Part shown: positions 1 to 7,015 of the stretch, piece after piece
How the letters are laid out: each line of letters starts with the position of its first letter
Numbering within the stretch: the first letter of the stretch is position 1
Assembly (NCBI GenBank): GCA_016176465.1
Contig: JACOXD010000007.1
Coordinates: 1 to 55,510 of the forward strand
Length of the DNA: 55,510 bases
DNA from: Candidatus Daviesbacteria bacterium
Lineage (GTDB): Bacteria; Patescibacteriota; Microgenomatia; Daviesbacterales; UBA10151
Direction of reading: 5' to 3'
Program-made: the position numbers and the translations under genes
The notes under the pieces: generated by a model
Told to the model about the DNA's origin: nothing
Database searches by the model: none
What the model saw: only the letters and a program-made list of their open reading frames with translations

Positions 1-561
1 ACCTTATCTCCTATTTTGTAGTATTCTGCATCCTTTAAAAAGGTAATTACCAAAATCCCGCCCTCTTTTAGCATAGAAGTTATATTTTTCATTATATTCT
101 TCCATGCCTTTTTTGAATTAGTAATAGACTCACTAACAAAGTTTGAACTAATAACATCATAATATCCCCTATACTTAGGGTGGATAGGATCCTCTTGAAA
201 AGCATCACAAGAAAGAAATTTCTTAATTTTTTTCTTCAAAATTTCTTCCCTAATCGTTAACTCCTCATTTATATTCTCTATTCCTTCTAAAGCTAGAGCA
301 TTTTCAAAAAAAGTTTGCCAGTTAAATCTTTCATTGTGTCCTTTCACCCATTTCTTAACTTCTTTAAGGTTGTTTTTTAGGTAATCAGAGAAGTGAATTT
401 CCTTTACCTTTCCTGATGCTGTTATAAGCTGGTAGATTGTAGGTCCTCCACTAAACTCAAGCATCAATATTCTCTAAACCTAACTTAGAGTAATATTCAT
501 TTAAATATGCTTTAGAATCAAAAGCACTAAAATCTTTCTCTAATTTCTTTTTCTTATTCAT
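1..561 (-). pseudogene. SAM-dependent methyltransferase (NNMT/PNMT/TEMT-like), apparently split by a frame change; C-terminal end runs off the window
   Basis: Own translation, not in the ORF track. The frame from ATG 464..462 reads MLEFSGGPTIYQLITASGKVKEIHFSDYLKNNLKEVKKWVKGHNERFNWQ... (GxGPTIYQ-type SAM motif) and stays open to nt 1. A separate 34-codon ORF 561..457 (MNKKKKLEKDFSAFDSKAYLNEYYSKLGLENIDA*) looks like the family N-terminus but is in another frame. Its ATG overlaps the stop of the 549-aa gene. Confidence 0.45.
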
Positions 562-2203
562 TTTGCTTATTACTTTTATTCTTTTCCAGTATAGCTGAAG
601 TAGTTGCCCAAGCAACATTGGTAGTTGCAAATACTACTTGATCAACATAACAAGCTAGCCCATATGCATACCTTGAATATGGTTCATCTATATACCATCC
701 CCAAGCAAACATAGGTGTAAATCCACTTACAAAAATATCAAAAGCTGCTCCAAATTTACCCCAAGAAGGATTTGCTGCAAGCAAACCATTCTCGTCTATT
801 TTTCCTGTCATATTTGCCAATGGTGTCTCCCATATATCGGGGTTATATTGTCTTTTTTTAAGTATATTACTATCAATCACTGCCCTAGCTCCCATGCCGC
901 ATGCAAGCGCACTTGTTGTTGCAGCTGCTACTAGAGGAGCAGGATTAGAATCTACAATAGACCTAAATTCTGGTGAATTAAGTAACCCATATAAAGCAGC
1001 GTATCCTAGGACATATCTTGGTAAGGTATAAATAGTAAAACTTAATCCCAGTGATTTTGCTACCCTACGATAAAAATCAGGATGTTGAAGATTTCTAGCT
1101 TTAAGCTCGTCCAAATCATACCTTGCAGTCACCTCTTTAATAAGTTTTTTTCTATTTTTCTCGCTAAAAGCAAACTCACCTATTTGATTGCTATCTGACA
1201 TTACTTGTAGGTTTGCAGGCATAGCGATAATCTTTTCACCTACCTTAGAAATGCCTCTTATGTTACTCCTATCACCTAGGTTTCTTAGCCCTAATCCTAC
1301 GCTCAACATTAATAACTTAGATAGACTTCCTAAATTGCCTAATCGATCTTCCACCGCAAAACCCCAGGCTTTGCCCAATGTAGGTTGGTCGGGTGATGTA
1401 TTTTCAAAATCCTCTAACCACTGATCAATTACATCCTTTTGAGCTTTATACAAGTGTCTTTTCCTATTCAATTTCTTTGCCAATTGGCTTCTAAAAAGAG
1501 TAGGATCTAAAAATCTGTTTCCTAATCGAGAATCCGGATCTTGTATTTCTATAACTGCTGACTGAATTTTTTCTGAAGCATCTTCAAGAGCATGGTCGCT
1601 AAAGTGAATTCCAAGTTGACTTTTTTGTTGATTTGGCAATATAAGAGGCGTCCCACCCATACTTTCAATTGTTGAGTACACTTTTGGTTTAAGATCAATA
1701 GGCGTACTTCTAGCAATCAGTTTTCCTAGATGGTAACCTATCCGTTCATCTGTTAAATGACTTCTTACCCAAGAACTTAAGTTTAATGATGGTTCTAAAG
1801 TTGCGGGCTGCTCAATTTCTGAATTTAATGGCAATCTATCAAAATTTGCTAACCAATAATGTATAACTTCCCTTTGAGCATCAGAAAACTTTACTGTTTC
1901 ACCTGAATCCTCATCTCTAGTGACGTACAAAACTGGATCTTCTTTTCTCCTTCTTCTAATTCTCCTTGCCTGAGCTAATCTTTTCATAGCCGAAGTCTTA
2001 AATTGCTCAACACCTAATTCAAAAGAGCTTCCACTAACATCTACAGGCTCAATTGTTCTTAAAATTCTACTAAGTACACCAGATGACTCAGCTACAAGTA
2101 GTGGGTCTTGAAATACTCTCTCAAGAGCCTGACTTTGAGTTTCGGGTAAAGATACAGGAATATTTCCAATGCGTGGAGTAAATTTTACTTCAAACCTCTC
2201 CAT
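554..2203 (-). CDS. hypothetical 549-aa protein, soluble N-terminal two-thirds plus Gly/Ala-rich hydrophobic C-terminal third
   Basis: Long uninterrupted ORF. It has an internally duplicated motif (AQREVIHYWLANFDRLP / AQKDVIDQWLEDFENTSP), a basic patch RRIRRRRK, and a hydrophobic C-terminal region (LVAAATTSALACGMGARAV..., FTPMFAWGWY). No family recognised. Confidence 0.55.
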   Translation of the reverse strand: MERFEVKFTPRIGNIPVSLPETQSQALERVFQDPLLVAESSGVLSRILRTIEPVDVSGSSFELGVEQFKTSAMKRLAQARRIRRRRKEDPVLYVTRDEDSGETVKFSDAQREVIHYWLANFDRLPLNSEIEQPATLEPSLNLSSWVRSHLTDERIGYHLGKLIARSTPIDLKPKVYSTIESMGGTPLILPNQQKSQLGIHFSDHALEDASEKIQSAVIEIQDPDSRLGNRFLDPTLFRSQLAKKLNRKRHLYKAQKDVIDQWLEDFENTSPDQPTLGKAWGFAVEDRLGNLGSLSKLLMLSVGLGLRNLGDRSNIRGISKVGEKIIAMPANLQVMSDSNQIGEFAFSEKNRKKLIKEVTARYDLDELKARNLQHPDFYRRVAKSLGLSFTIYTLPRYVLGYAALYGLLNSPEFRSIVDSNPAPLVAAATTSALACGMGARAVIDSNILKKRQYNPDIWETPLANMTGKIDENGLLAANPSWGKFGAAFDIFVSGFTPMFAWGWYIDEPYSRYAYGLACYVDQVVFATTNVAWATTSAILEKNKSNKQNE

Positions 2204-2300
2204 ATATGCTTATTTTACCAAATAACTATGGGTTTAACAAGCTAGGATAACCCCTTTGTTAAATTTGTTAGAGTTAAGAAGTACTAATGTAGCGAGGCTA

Positions 2301-2319
2301 TTACACCTGGAAGGTGTAA
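2301..2319. repeat. type-1 REP-like hairpin TTACACC-TGGAA-GGTGTAA on the 3' side of RAYT copy 1
   Basis: Perfect 7-bp stem. It lies inside a 54-nt block (2300..2353) that is repeated identically at 6555..6608. Its core CACCTGGAAGGTG is the reverse complement, with 1 mismatch, of CACCTTTCAGGTG found on the other side of the gene. Confidence 0.75.
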
Positions 2320-2351
2320 CAGGATGGTCACCTGCCAACTTTATATACACT

Positions 2352-3020
2352 TTATTCCATAGTTAGATGTTTAATTTCTTCCAACTTTTTTCCATAATCT
2401 ATTTGGTCTAAAACAAACTTTTCATAATCTTTCCCAGATTTAAAGAAACTTAAAACAGGTTCTGAATCTACCAACTCTGACTGACCTTTTATGTAATCTG
2501 GTAAAGAGGACCAAGGGTAAGATAAAAGCTCCACCTCTTTAATCACAAAAGATACTACTGGATTTAAGTGAATATATCTTGAGAGATGGATAAGCTGCTC
2601 ATTACTCTCAATATGTACAGCTTTAAACACTCCTTGTAAGATTGGGCCAACCCTCTTATTTTTAGTATTAATATATTTAGTATAGCTATTGCTAAGTTTA
2701 CTTAGAAAAATAGTAATGCCATTATCTATTGTTTGTTGTAGTAGGAAGTGAAAATGATTGGGCATAAGGACAAAGCTCACTATTTTAACCAGTACTTTAT
2801 TTTTAATAGTAAGCTGATCTAAAAGTGTCTCTCTGTCTTTTTTTGAAAGCTCTTTAAATCTGGACAATCTCACAGGTGGTTTTTCAAAACGATAGTAGGA
2901 TAAAGCAAGTAACGCTTGCGCGTAATCGGATTGATGGTGAAATATTGGTTGCCTTGCTACACCTCGGTTGTAAACATGATAATACTCTCCTGTTGCAAGT
3001 GGCACTCTTTTGTCTGCCAT
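2352..3020 (-). CDS. Y1 HUH transposase, IS200-like / REP-associated (RAYT-like), copy 1
   Basis: 222 aa with YHVYNRG near the N-terminus, an HUH motif in LMPNHFHFLLQQ, a Tyr-containing SNSYTKYINTK, and RVGPILQGVFKAV and SRYIHLNPV blocks. About half its residues are shared with the copies at 18027 and 51669 (by eye). It is flanked by inverted hairpins. Confidence 0.85.
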   Translation of the reverse strand: MADKRVPLATGEYYHVYNRGVARQPIFHHQSDYAQALLALSYYRFEKPPVRLSRFKELSKKDRETLLDQLTIKNKVLVKIVSFVLMPNHFHFLLQQTIDNGITIFLSKLSNSYTKYINTKNKRVGPILQGVFKAVHIESNEQLIHLSRYIHLNPVVSFVIKEVELLSYPWSSLPDYIKGQSELVDSEPVLSFFKSGKDYEKFVLDQIDYGKKLEEIKHLTME

Positions 3021-3026
3021 ATTGCC

Positions 3027-3055
3027 AAAATATCAGTATGGTTGTGGTTTGTCAA
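3027..3055 (-). promoter_or_regulatory. putative promoter of RAYT copy 1 (TTGACA-17 nt-TATTTT), -10 box ends 6 nt before the ATG
   Basis: Read on the minus strand: TTGACA = 3055..3050, TATTTT = 3032..3027, ATG = 3020..3018. The same geometry is seen for RAYT copy 3. Confidence 0.4.
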
Positions 3056-3065
3056 TAGGTGCCCT

Positions 3066-3121
3066 ATCTGTTTCACCTTTCAGGTGGATGACTATGTTCC
3101 TTTCAGGTGGATGACTATGTT
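3066..3121. repeat. cassette-boundary element E-A (21-nt core ATCTGTTTCACCTTTCAGGTG) with a perfect 23-bp tandem duplication
   Basis: Core at 3066..3086 is identical to 4911..4931 and 5907..5927. CCTTTCAGGTGGATGACTATGTT occurs twice back to back (3076..3098, 3099..3121). The hairpin is CACCT-TTC-AGGTG. Confidence 0.8.
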
Positions 3122-3646
3122 GCTAATTGTACCATCAGAGAGTCCATAAGCTCTGTATATCCACGTTTGGCCTCCTATCTGTATTGTCCTTTCTATAAAC
3201 TCATTGGGCTTGAGTTGACCTACCTGAGAGAGATCTCCTTTTATTGCTGCCTCAACCATATCTGCAGTTAACCCAGTCCCTGCTAAGTGTTGTGCAGCAT
3301 GTTCATGTTTAATGATGATTTTTAGATCCTTCGCCGCGTCGACTACTTTATTAGTAAATTTCAAAGTACCTAACGAAATACCAGGTATTGCTAGTCCTAC
3401 TAAATCAATAGCTGTCCCCCCAGGATCACAGTTATTTAAATCTTGTGACAAGAAAAAAATATCCTGCTGTAGATCCGGAGAAGAAGTAACCGCAGTAGCC
3501 CAGGTATAAAAAGCTAGGATAAGAGCGGGAGCTATTTTGCCTGAAGGATCTGAGAAATTAATAGGGTTATTTAAGGTATAAGCATATGGATTTTGAGTTT
3601 GGGCACTTGTAAGCAGACCACTAACTGGGTCTTTGGTTATAAACAT
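3092..3646 (-). CDS. displaced (orphan) Rhs C-terminal tip A: short core remnant plus pre-toxin linker plus RelE/colicin-E5-like (DUF4258-like) putative RNase domain, 3' end replaced by element E-A
   Basis: N-terminus (IFPDPTTG)MFITKDPVSGLLTSAQTQNPYAYTLNNPINFSDPSGK matches the Rhs-1 core end YYDPVTGRFITRDPIKG...NPYSYVVNNPVNLSDPAGE; homology extends upstream to about 3667. The C-terminal part KHEHAAQHLAGTGLTADMVEAAIKGDL...IQIGGQTWIYRAYGLSDGTISN resembles small BECR-fold toxins (family call is recollection). The last codons NIVIHLKGT* are encoded by the repeat element. Confidence 0.7.
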   Translation of the reverse strand: MFITKDPVSGLLTSAQTQNPYAYTLNNPINFSDPSGKIAPALILAFYTWATAVTSSPDLQQDIFFLSQDLNNCDPGGTAIDLVGLAIPGISLGTLKFTNKVVDAAKDLKIIIKHEHAAQHLAGTGLTADMVEAAIKGDLSQVGQLKPNEFIERTIQIGGQTWIYRAYGLSDGTISNIVIHLKGT

Positions 3647-3669
3647 ACCAGTTGTTGGATCAGGGAAAA

Positions 3670-4083
3670 TTAGCTTACTCGATGACTATATATGTCTACA
3701 TCTAACTCAGCATTGTATTCTGCAATTTCTTTTAAGATTTTTTTATCAATATGAAGCCCAGAATTGTAGTCTTTCATATATATAGCGCATCCAAACTCGA
3801 TGAGGCATTTTTCCGCAACATCGAGTATCGCTGCCTTGTAAGGACGTAGCGTTTCAAGTAAAAAGCTTAAATGTTTTTCTACTGACTCTGTGATTGGTAA
3901 TGATGACGTTAATTTCCATGTATTCTCTCTAATAATTACTTTTCCCTTTCCAAAGGGCTTAGTGCTTCCTTTTACCCACGCTTCAGTTGGCTTAAGTCCA
4001 ATCTTTTGTGTTAGGTGTTCAGGGGAAGATGTAAAATCGTATATCGCAAACCATACATACGTCTTATCTTTCGCATTTTCCAT
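3670..4083 (-). CDS. putative immunity protein for tip B (DUF4279-like)
   Basis: 137 aa, starting 15 nt after the tip-B stop. The pattern FAIYDFTSSPEHLTQKIGLKPTEAWVKG...W.L.S...LDVDIY resembles DUF4279 proteins common in polymorphic-toxin loci (recollection, not searched). Confidence 0.55.
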   Translation of the reverse strand: MENAKDKTYVWFAIYDFTSSPEHLTQKIGLKPTEAWVKGSTKPFGKGKVIIRENTWKLTSSLPITESVEKHLSFLLETLRPYKAAILDVAEKCLIEFGCAIYMKDYNSGLHIDKKILKEIAEYNAELDVDIYSHRVS

Positions 4084-4097
4084 ATTCTAAGAGTATA

Positions 4098-4910
4098 TCA
4101 GAAATCTTTAATATTAAGGCCAGTTGGCTCTCCAGGGCCTTGTCCATCTCTTGGCTTCTGATAGATATTTCCATCTTTATCTTTGAAGAGATCGTACTTG
4201 CTGCTTCCTTTACCTTTAATTTGATGTATATTTTCACCGCCCTTTTGCAGCATTTTTATTTCTCCTTCAGACAATTTTGTGAATTGTTTAGAAGTATCAA
4301 GTACTTCATCAGCTACTTTAGCAACTCTTCCTACCTGCTTGATTGCTCCTATTGAAACAAAAGGTATACCTATACTAACAACATCTAGTGCAGCTCCACC
4401 CCAATTGCAATTAGATAAATCCTCTTGCAAAGCTACCACATCTAAGGTAGTTCCTGCTGCATCTAGCAGATACAAAAACCAAGCCTCACCAGAAGGATCA
4501 CTTCTATTTATGGGATTATTGCCAACATAAGCGTATGGACTTAATGTTTGAGGATAAGACAGTACACCCTTTACTGGGTCTTTAGTTATAAACCTGCCTG
4601 TGCTTGGATCATAGTATCTGGCTCTTAGGAAATATAAACTAGATTCTGGATCTAGCTGTTCACCTTGGAAGAGATAATTACTACCTGAAGTAGAACCAGA
4701 CCTAATATTCCCAAAAGGATCATAGTCAAAATTGGCAGTTTTAGAACCAGATGAGTTTGTTAGAAATCTTGTATTTCCTAATCCATCAACCAAAGGATAA
4801 ATCCTTGAGCTAGATCCAGAAGGTCCTTGGCTGATTAAATCTAACCCATAGGCATAGTAATTTTGGGCACTATTGCTACCATTAGTTTCTAGTAATACTT
4901 TAGATAACAT
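4098..4910 (-). CDS. displaced Rhs core plus toxin tip B, apparently intact with its own ATG
   Basis: Residues 1-140 (MLSKVLLETNGSNSAQNYYAYGLDLISQGPSGSSSRIYPLVDGLGNTRFL...RARYYDPSTGRFITKDP...NRSDPSGE) are near-identical to Rhs-1. DNA 4530..4906 matches roughly 7470..7846 at about 90% by eye. The divergent C-terminal domain ends ...IHQIKGKGSSKYDLFKDKDGNIYQKPRDGQGPGEPTGLNIKDF. Confidence 0.8.
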   Translation of the reverse strand: MLSKVLLETNGSNSAQNYYAYGLDLISQGPSGSSSRIYPLVDGLGNTRFLTNSSGSKTANFDYDPFGNIRSGSTSGSNYLFQGEQLDPESSLYFLRARYYDPSTGRFITKDPVKGVLSYPQTLSPYAYVGNNPINRSDPSGEAWFLYLLDAAGTTLDVVALQEDLSNCNWGGAALDVVSIGIPFVSIGAIKQVGRVAKVADEVLDTSKQFTKLSEGEIKMLQKGGENIHQIKGKGSSKYDLFKDKDGNIYQKPRDGQGPGEPTGLNIKDF

Positions 4911-4944
4911 ATCTGTTTCACCTTTCAGGTGTTATTATGTTATT
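4911..4944. repeat. cassette-boundary element E-B
   Basis: ATCTGTTTCACCTTTCAGGTGTTATTATGTTATT; 31/34 identical to E-C. It directly abuts the point where tip-B homology to Rhs-1 starts, and the ATG of tip B (4910..4908) lies at the junction. Confidence 0.8.
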
Positions 4945-4961
4945 AATCACACCTTAAGTAG

Positions 4962-5324
4962 CTACCGAGTGCTCTTTTCCTTTAATAAAGTTGTCATCTG
5001 CAAAAGATTTTCTGTCCAATCTGAATAACTTTTCTTATACTTTGACTCGGTGCTATTTTTAGTTTTTATTTCTTTTATCCTTTTTAAGATATGCGTTAGT
5101 TCTCTATGTCCTTTATCTACTAAACTAAGATCTATATCTTCATCATTATGATAGACATAAGAACTTACTAAACCTGCTAAAGTAGTATCCCAACCTACGA
5201 TTAAAAAAAAATAATCACTTAATGAACGATTCTCTCCTCCAGAAGAATCAGGCAAAGGGTTTTGTTCCGCTTCCTCAAATAGTTTTTTTAATTTCCTCTT
5301 ATTAATACTTTCTTTGTCGTACAT
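4962..5324 (-). CDS. putative immunity protein for tip C
   Basis: 120-aa ORF starting 3 nt after the tip-C stop. The call rests on position only; no family recognised. Confidence 0.45.
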   Translation of the reverse strand: MYDKESINKRKLKKLFEEAEQNPLPDSSGGENRSLSDYFFLIVGWDTTLAGLVSSYVYHNDEDIDLSLVDKGHRELTHILKRIKEIKTKNSTESKYKKSYSDWTENLLQMTTLLKEKSTR

Positions 5325-5327
5325 GTT

Positions 5328-5905
5328 TTAGTTATACCAGAAACTTACAGCCTTAATTGCTCCATCAATAATTTTAAAGTACCCTCCTGGATTTCCCGGA
5401 TCCCTAATTAAGAAGCCGGATGAATCATCGTTGAGTATAACCTCTTGGGCTTTATCTTTATTCTTAGAGAAAAATTCTATAGCATCGCGCGAATATTCCT
5501 CTATGGTTTTCCCGACTCCATGTTGCTTAAAATGATATTCTAATGATTCTTCTGCTGTTTTAAAAGTACTTTTATACCAACTCTTTGCGACGACTTGACT
5601 AGTTGTTCTTCCAACTTTCCCTATAGGCCCAGCAAAAGGTAATCCTGAAATCACATTAAATACTGCGCTACCAGGATCACAGTTTCTCAGATCATTATCT
5701 ATAGTCATATATTGAGCCATTAAGTATTGTGTCACCACTGGATTACTTAAAAAGGCAGCTGCACCATATAATGCGATGAGCCACACGAATTCCCCTGATG
5801 GATCAGAGAGATTAACTGGATTATTTAGAGCATATGATTAGGGATTTTGAGTTTGTGGCATAGAGTTTAATCCACTCACAGGATCCCTAGTTATAAATCT
5901 ACCTG
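5328..5905 (-). pseudogene. displaced Rhs tip C, core remnant interrupted by an in-frame TAA
   Basis: Own translation of 5905..5787: DTGRFITRDPVSGLNSMPQTQNP*SYALNNPVNLSDPSGEF, continuing into the tracked ORF 5328..5786 (VWLIALYG...). The TAA sits where the other copies have Tyr (NPYSY/NPYAY). The C-terminal domain has LEYHFKQHGVGKTIEEYSRDAIEFF (possible nuclease-type H..KHG motif, weak). Confidence 0.6.
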
Positions 5906-5906
5906 T

Positions 5907-5940
5907 ATCTGTTTCACCTTTCAGGTGTTACTGTGTTACT
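5907..5940. repeat. cassette-boundary element E-C
   Basis: ATCTGTTTCACCTTTCAGGTGTTACTGTGTTACT. It abuts the start of tip-C core homology on one side and the stop codon of a toxin remnant (5942..5940) on the other. Confidence 0.8.
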
Positions 5941-6033
5941 CATTTAAAATCTTTAATATTATAACCGATTGGCTCTCCAGGGCCAGAACCATCTGTAATA
6001 AATTACCTTCCCACTTGATGGGCGGGAATTCAC
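5940..6033 (-). pseudogene. frameshifted 3' remnant of a tip-B-like toxin domain
   Basis: Own translation gives ...DGSGPGEPIGYNIKDFK* (compare tip B ...DGQGPGEPTGLNIKDF*). Upstream, SSGKVIYYR is in another frame (compare DKDGNIYQKPR). DNA 5943..5995 aligns with 4098..4150. Confidence 0.5.
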
Positions 6034-6061
6034 AATTTGAGTTTAGATTTTAATATGTTTC

Positions 6062-6427
6062 TTATCTAATGATGACTTCCATTGTATCTATATTCGGTGA
6101 TCCCTGCATTGGTGCTCCATCCATTCTTACAAACTCTAACTCATCTATTTTCCCTTTTATAATATGTAATAAAATTAATATTGGCCCTCCGCCACCATCT
6201 TTTGTCCTTCCCTCTACCGGCACCCGTTCCTTTACTATAGCTTCTTCTCCTAAAACGTCTTCAAACTCTATACTTCCATAATTGTCTTTATATTCTGTTA
6301 ATGTTCTAACCTTACAATTTTTTATTTGTTGCCTTAGCTCGTCTCTACCAGGAAATGGACATTCCAATAACTTTTGTAAAACTTGTACTTCAAATTCATT
6401 TAATTTTCTATAAGTTTTTTTAATCAT
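6062..6427 (-). CDS. putative immunity protein (DUF6984-like) left next to a truncated toxin
   Basis: 121 aa. Its ATG overlaps the TGA of the upstream toxin remnant (ATGA). The pattern ...VPVEGRTKDGGGGPILILLHIIKGKIDELEFVRMDG resembles immunity-type proteins of polymorphic-toxin loci (recollection). Confidence 0.5.
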   Translation of the reverse strand: MIKKTYRKLNEFEVQVLQKLLECPFPGRDELRQQIKNCKVRTLTEYKDNYGSIEFEDVLGEEAIVKERVPVEGRTKDGGGGPILILLHIIKGKIDELEFVRMDGAPMQGSPNIDTMEVIIR

Positions 6428-6528
6428 TTTTTCAAATAATAAGTACCTACACTAACAGTACCATCTTTTAATGTCCATGGACGATATTCTATTTTCTTTC
6501 CACCGACCTCTATAATTCTACTTACAAA
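6424..6528 (-). pseudogene. 3' remnant of a tip-A-like (DUF4258-like) toxin domain
   Basis: Own translation FVSRIIEVGGKKIEYRPWTLKDGTVSVGTYYLKK* aligns with tip A IQIGGQTWIYRAYGLSDGTISN. It is cut off on its 5' side by the duplicated junction at 6528..6557 and the hairpin. Confidence 0.5.
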
Positions 6529-6557
6529 AGTGAAAGCTTATTAAGTGAAAGCTTATT
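6528..6557. repeat. perfect 15-bp tandem duplication (AAGTGAAAGCTTATT x2) abutting the hairpin
   Basis: Direct reading of 6528..6542 and 6543..6557. The related single-copy sequence next to RAYT copy 1 is AGCGAGGCTATT. Confidence 0.85.
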
Positions 6558-6660
6558 ACACCTGGAAGGTGTAACAGGATGGTCACCTGCCAACTTTATA
6601 TACACTTTCTTCTAAAGTTAGATGTTTTATCTCTTCAAGTTTTCTCCCATTCTATGCCTT
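6555..6660 (-). pseudogene. 3' fragment of a RAYT-like gene with its hairpin (TTACACCTGGAAGGTGTAA at 6556..6574)
   Basis: 6555..6608 is identical (54/54) to 2300..2353. Beyond that the minus strand encodes GRKLEEIKHLTLEE (compare RAYT1 C-terminus GKKLEEIKHLTME*). Nothing of the catalytic part remains. Confidence 0.7.
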
Positions 6661-6706
6661 CTTTGATCAGTTGGTAAACCCGATTTTTTATCAATCAAGA
6701 TAAAAA

Positions 6707-7015
6707 CTATTCTTTAGTTGAATTATCGAGTAAATAGCGAAAAAACTTTGGATCTTTAATATGGTATAGAATATGCCTAAATTCTTCCCCAGTTTCTAGA
6801 AGTAAATCGTATATTTCCTTATTACTTAAATTTTGTTGGGTTAATTTTGGTAATTGCTCTTGTATAAATTTATTAAAAGATTCTTCTAGGTCTAGAAAAG
6901 CGTGTGCAAGTGTCCAAGCTTCTTTGCTTTCATCCTCATCGTACCGTGTAACTTCAGGAAGTTTTGAAAGTCGTTCTGCAATTTGTTTGTACTTTCTGGC
7001 GTATGTAGATATAAT
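6707..7015 (-). CDS. candidate immunity gene of Rhs-1, an ORF with no ATG/GTG/TTG
   Basis: Own translation, absent from the ORF track. The frame is open from 7033 to the TAG at 6709..6707: (NFKKEL)IISTYARKYKQIAERLSKLPEVTRYDEDESKEAWTLAHAFLDLEESFNKFIQEQLPKLTQQNLSNKEIYDLLLETGEEFRHILYHIKDPKFFRYLLDNSTKE*. The only start-like codons near the 5' end are ATT (7015..7013, overlapping the Rhs TAA) and ATA. AGGAG lies at 7022..7018. Confidence 0.35.
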   Translation of the reverse strand: MISTYARKYKQIAERLSKLPEVTRYDEDESKEAWTLAHAFLDLEESFNKFIQEQLPKLTQQNLSNKEIYDLLLETGEEFRHILYHIKDPKFFRYLLDNSTKE

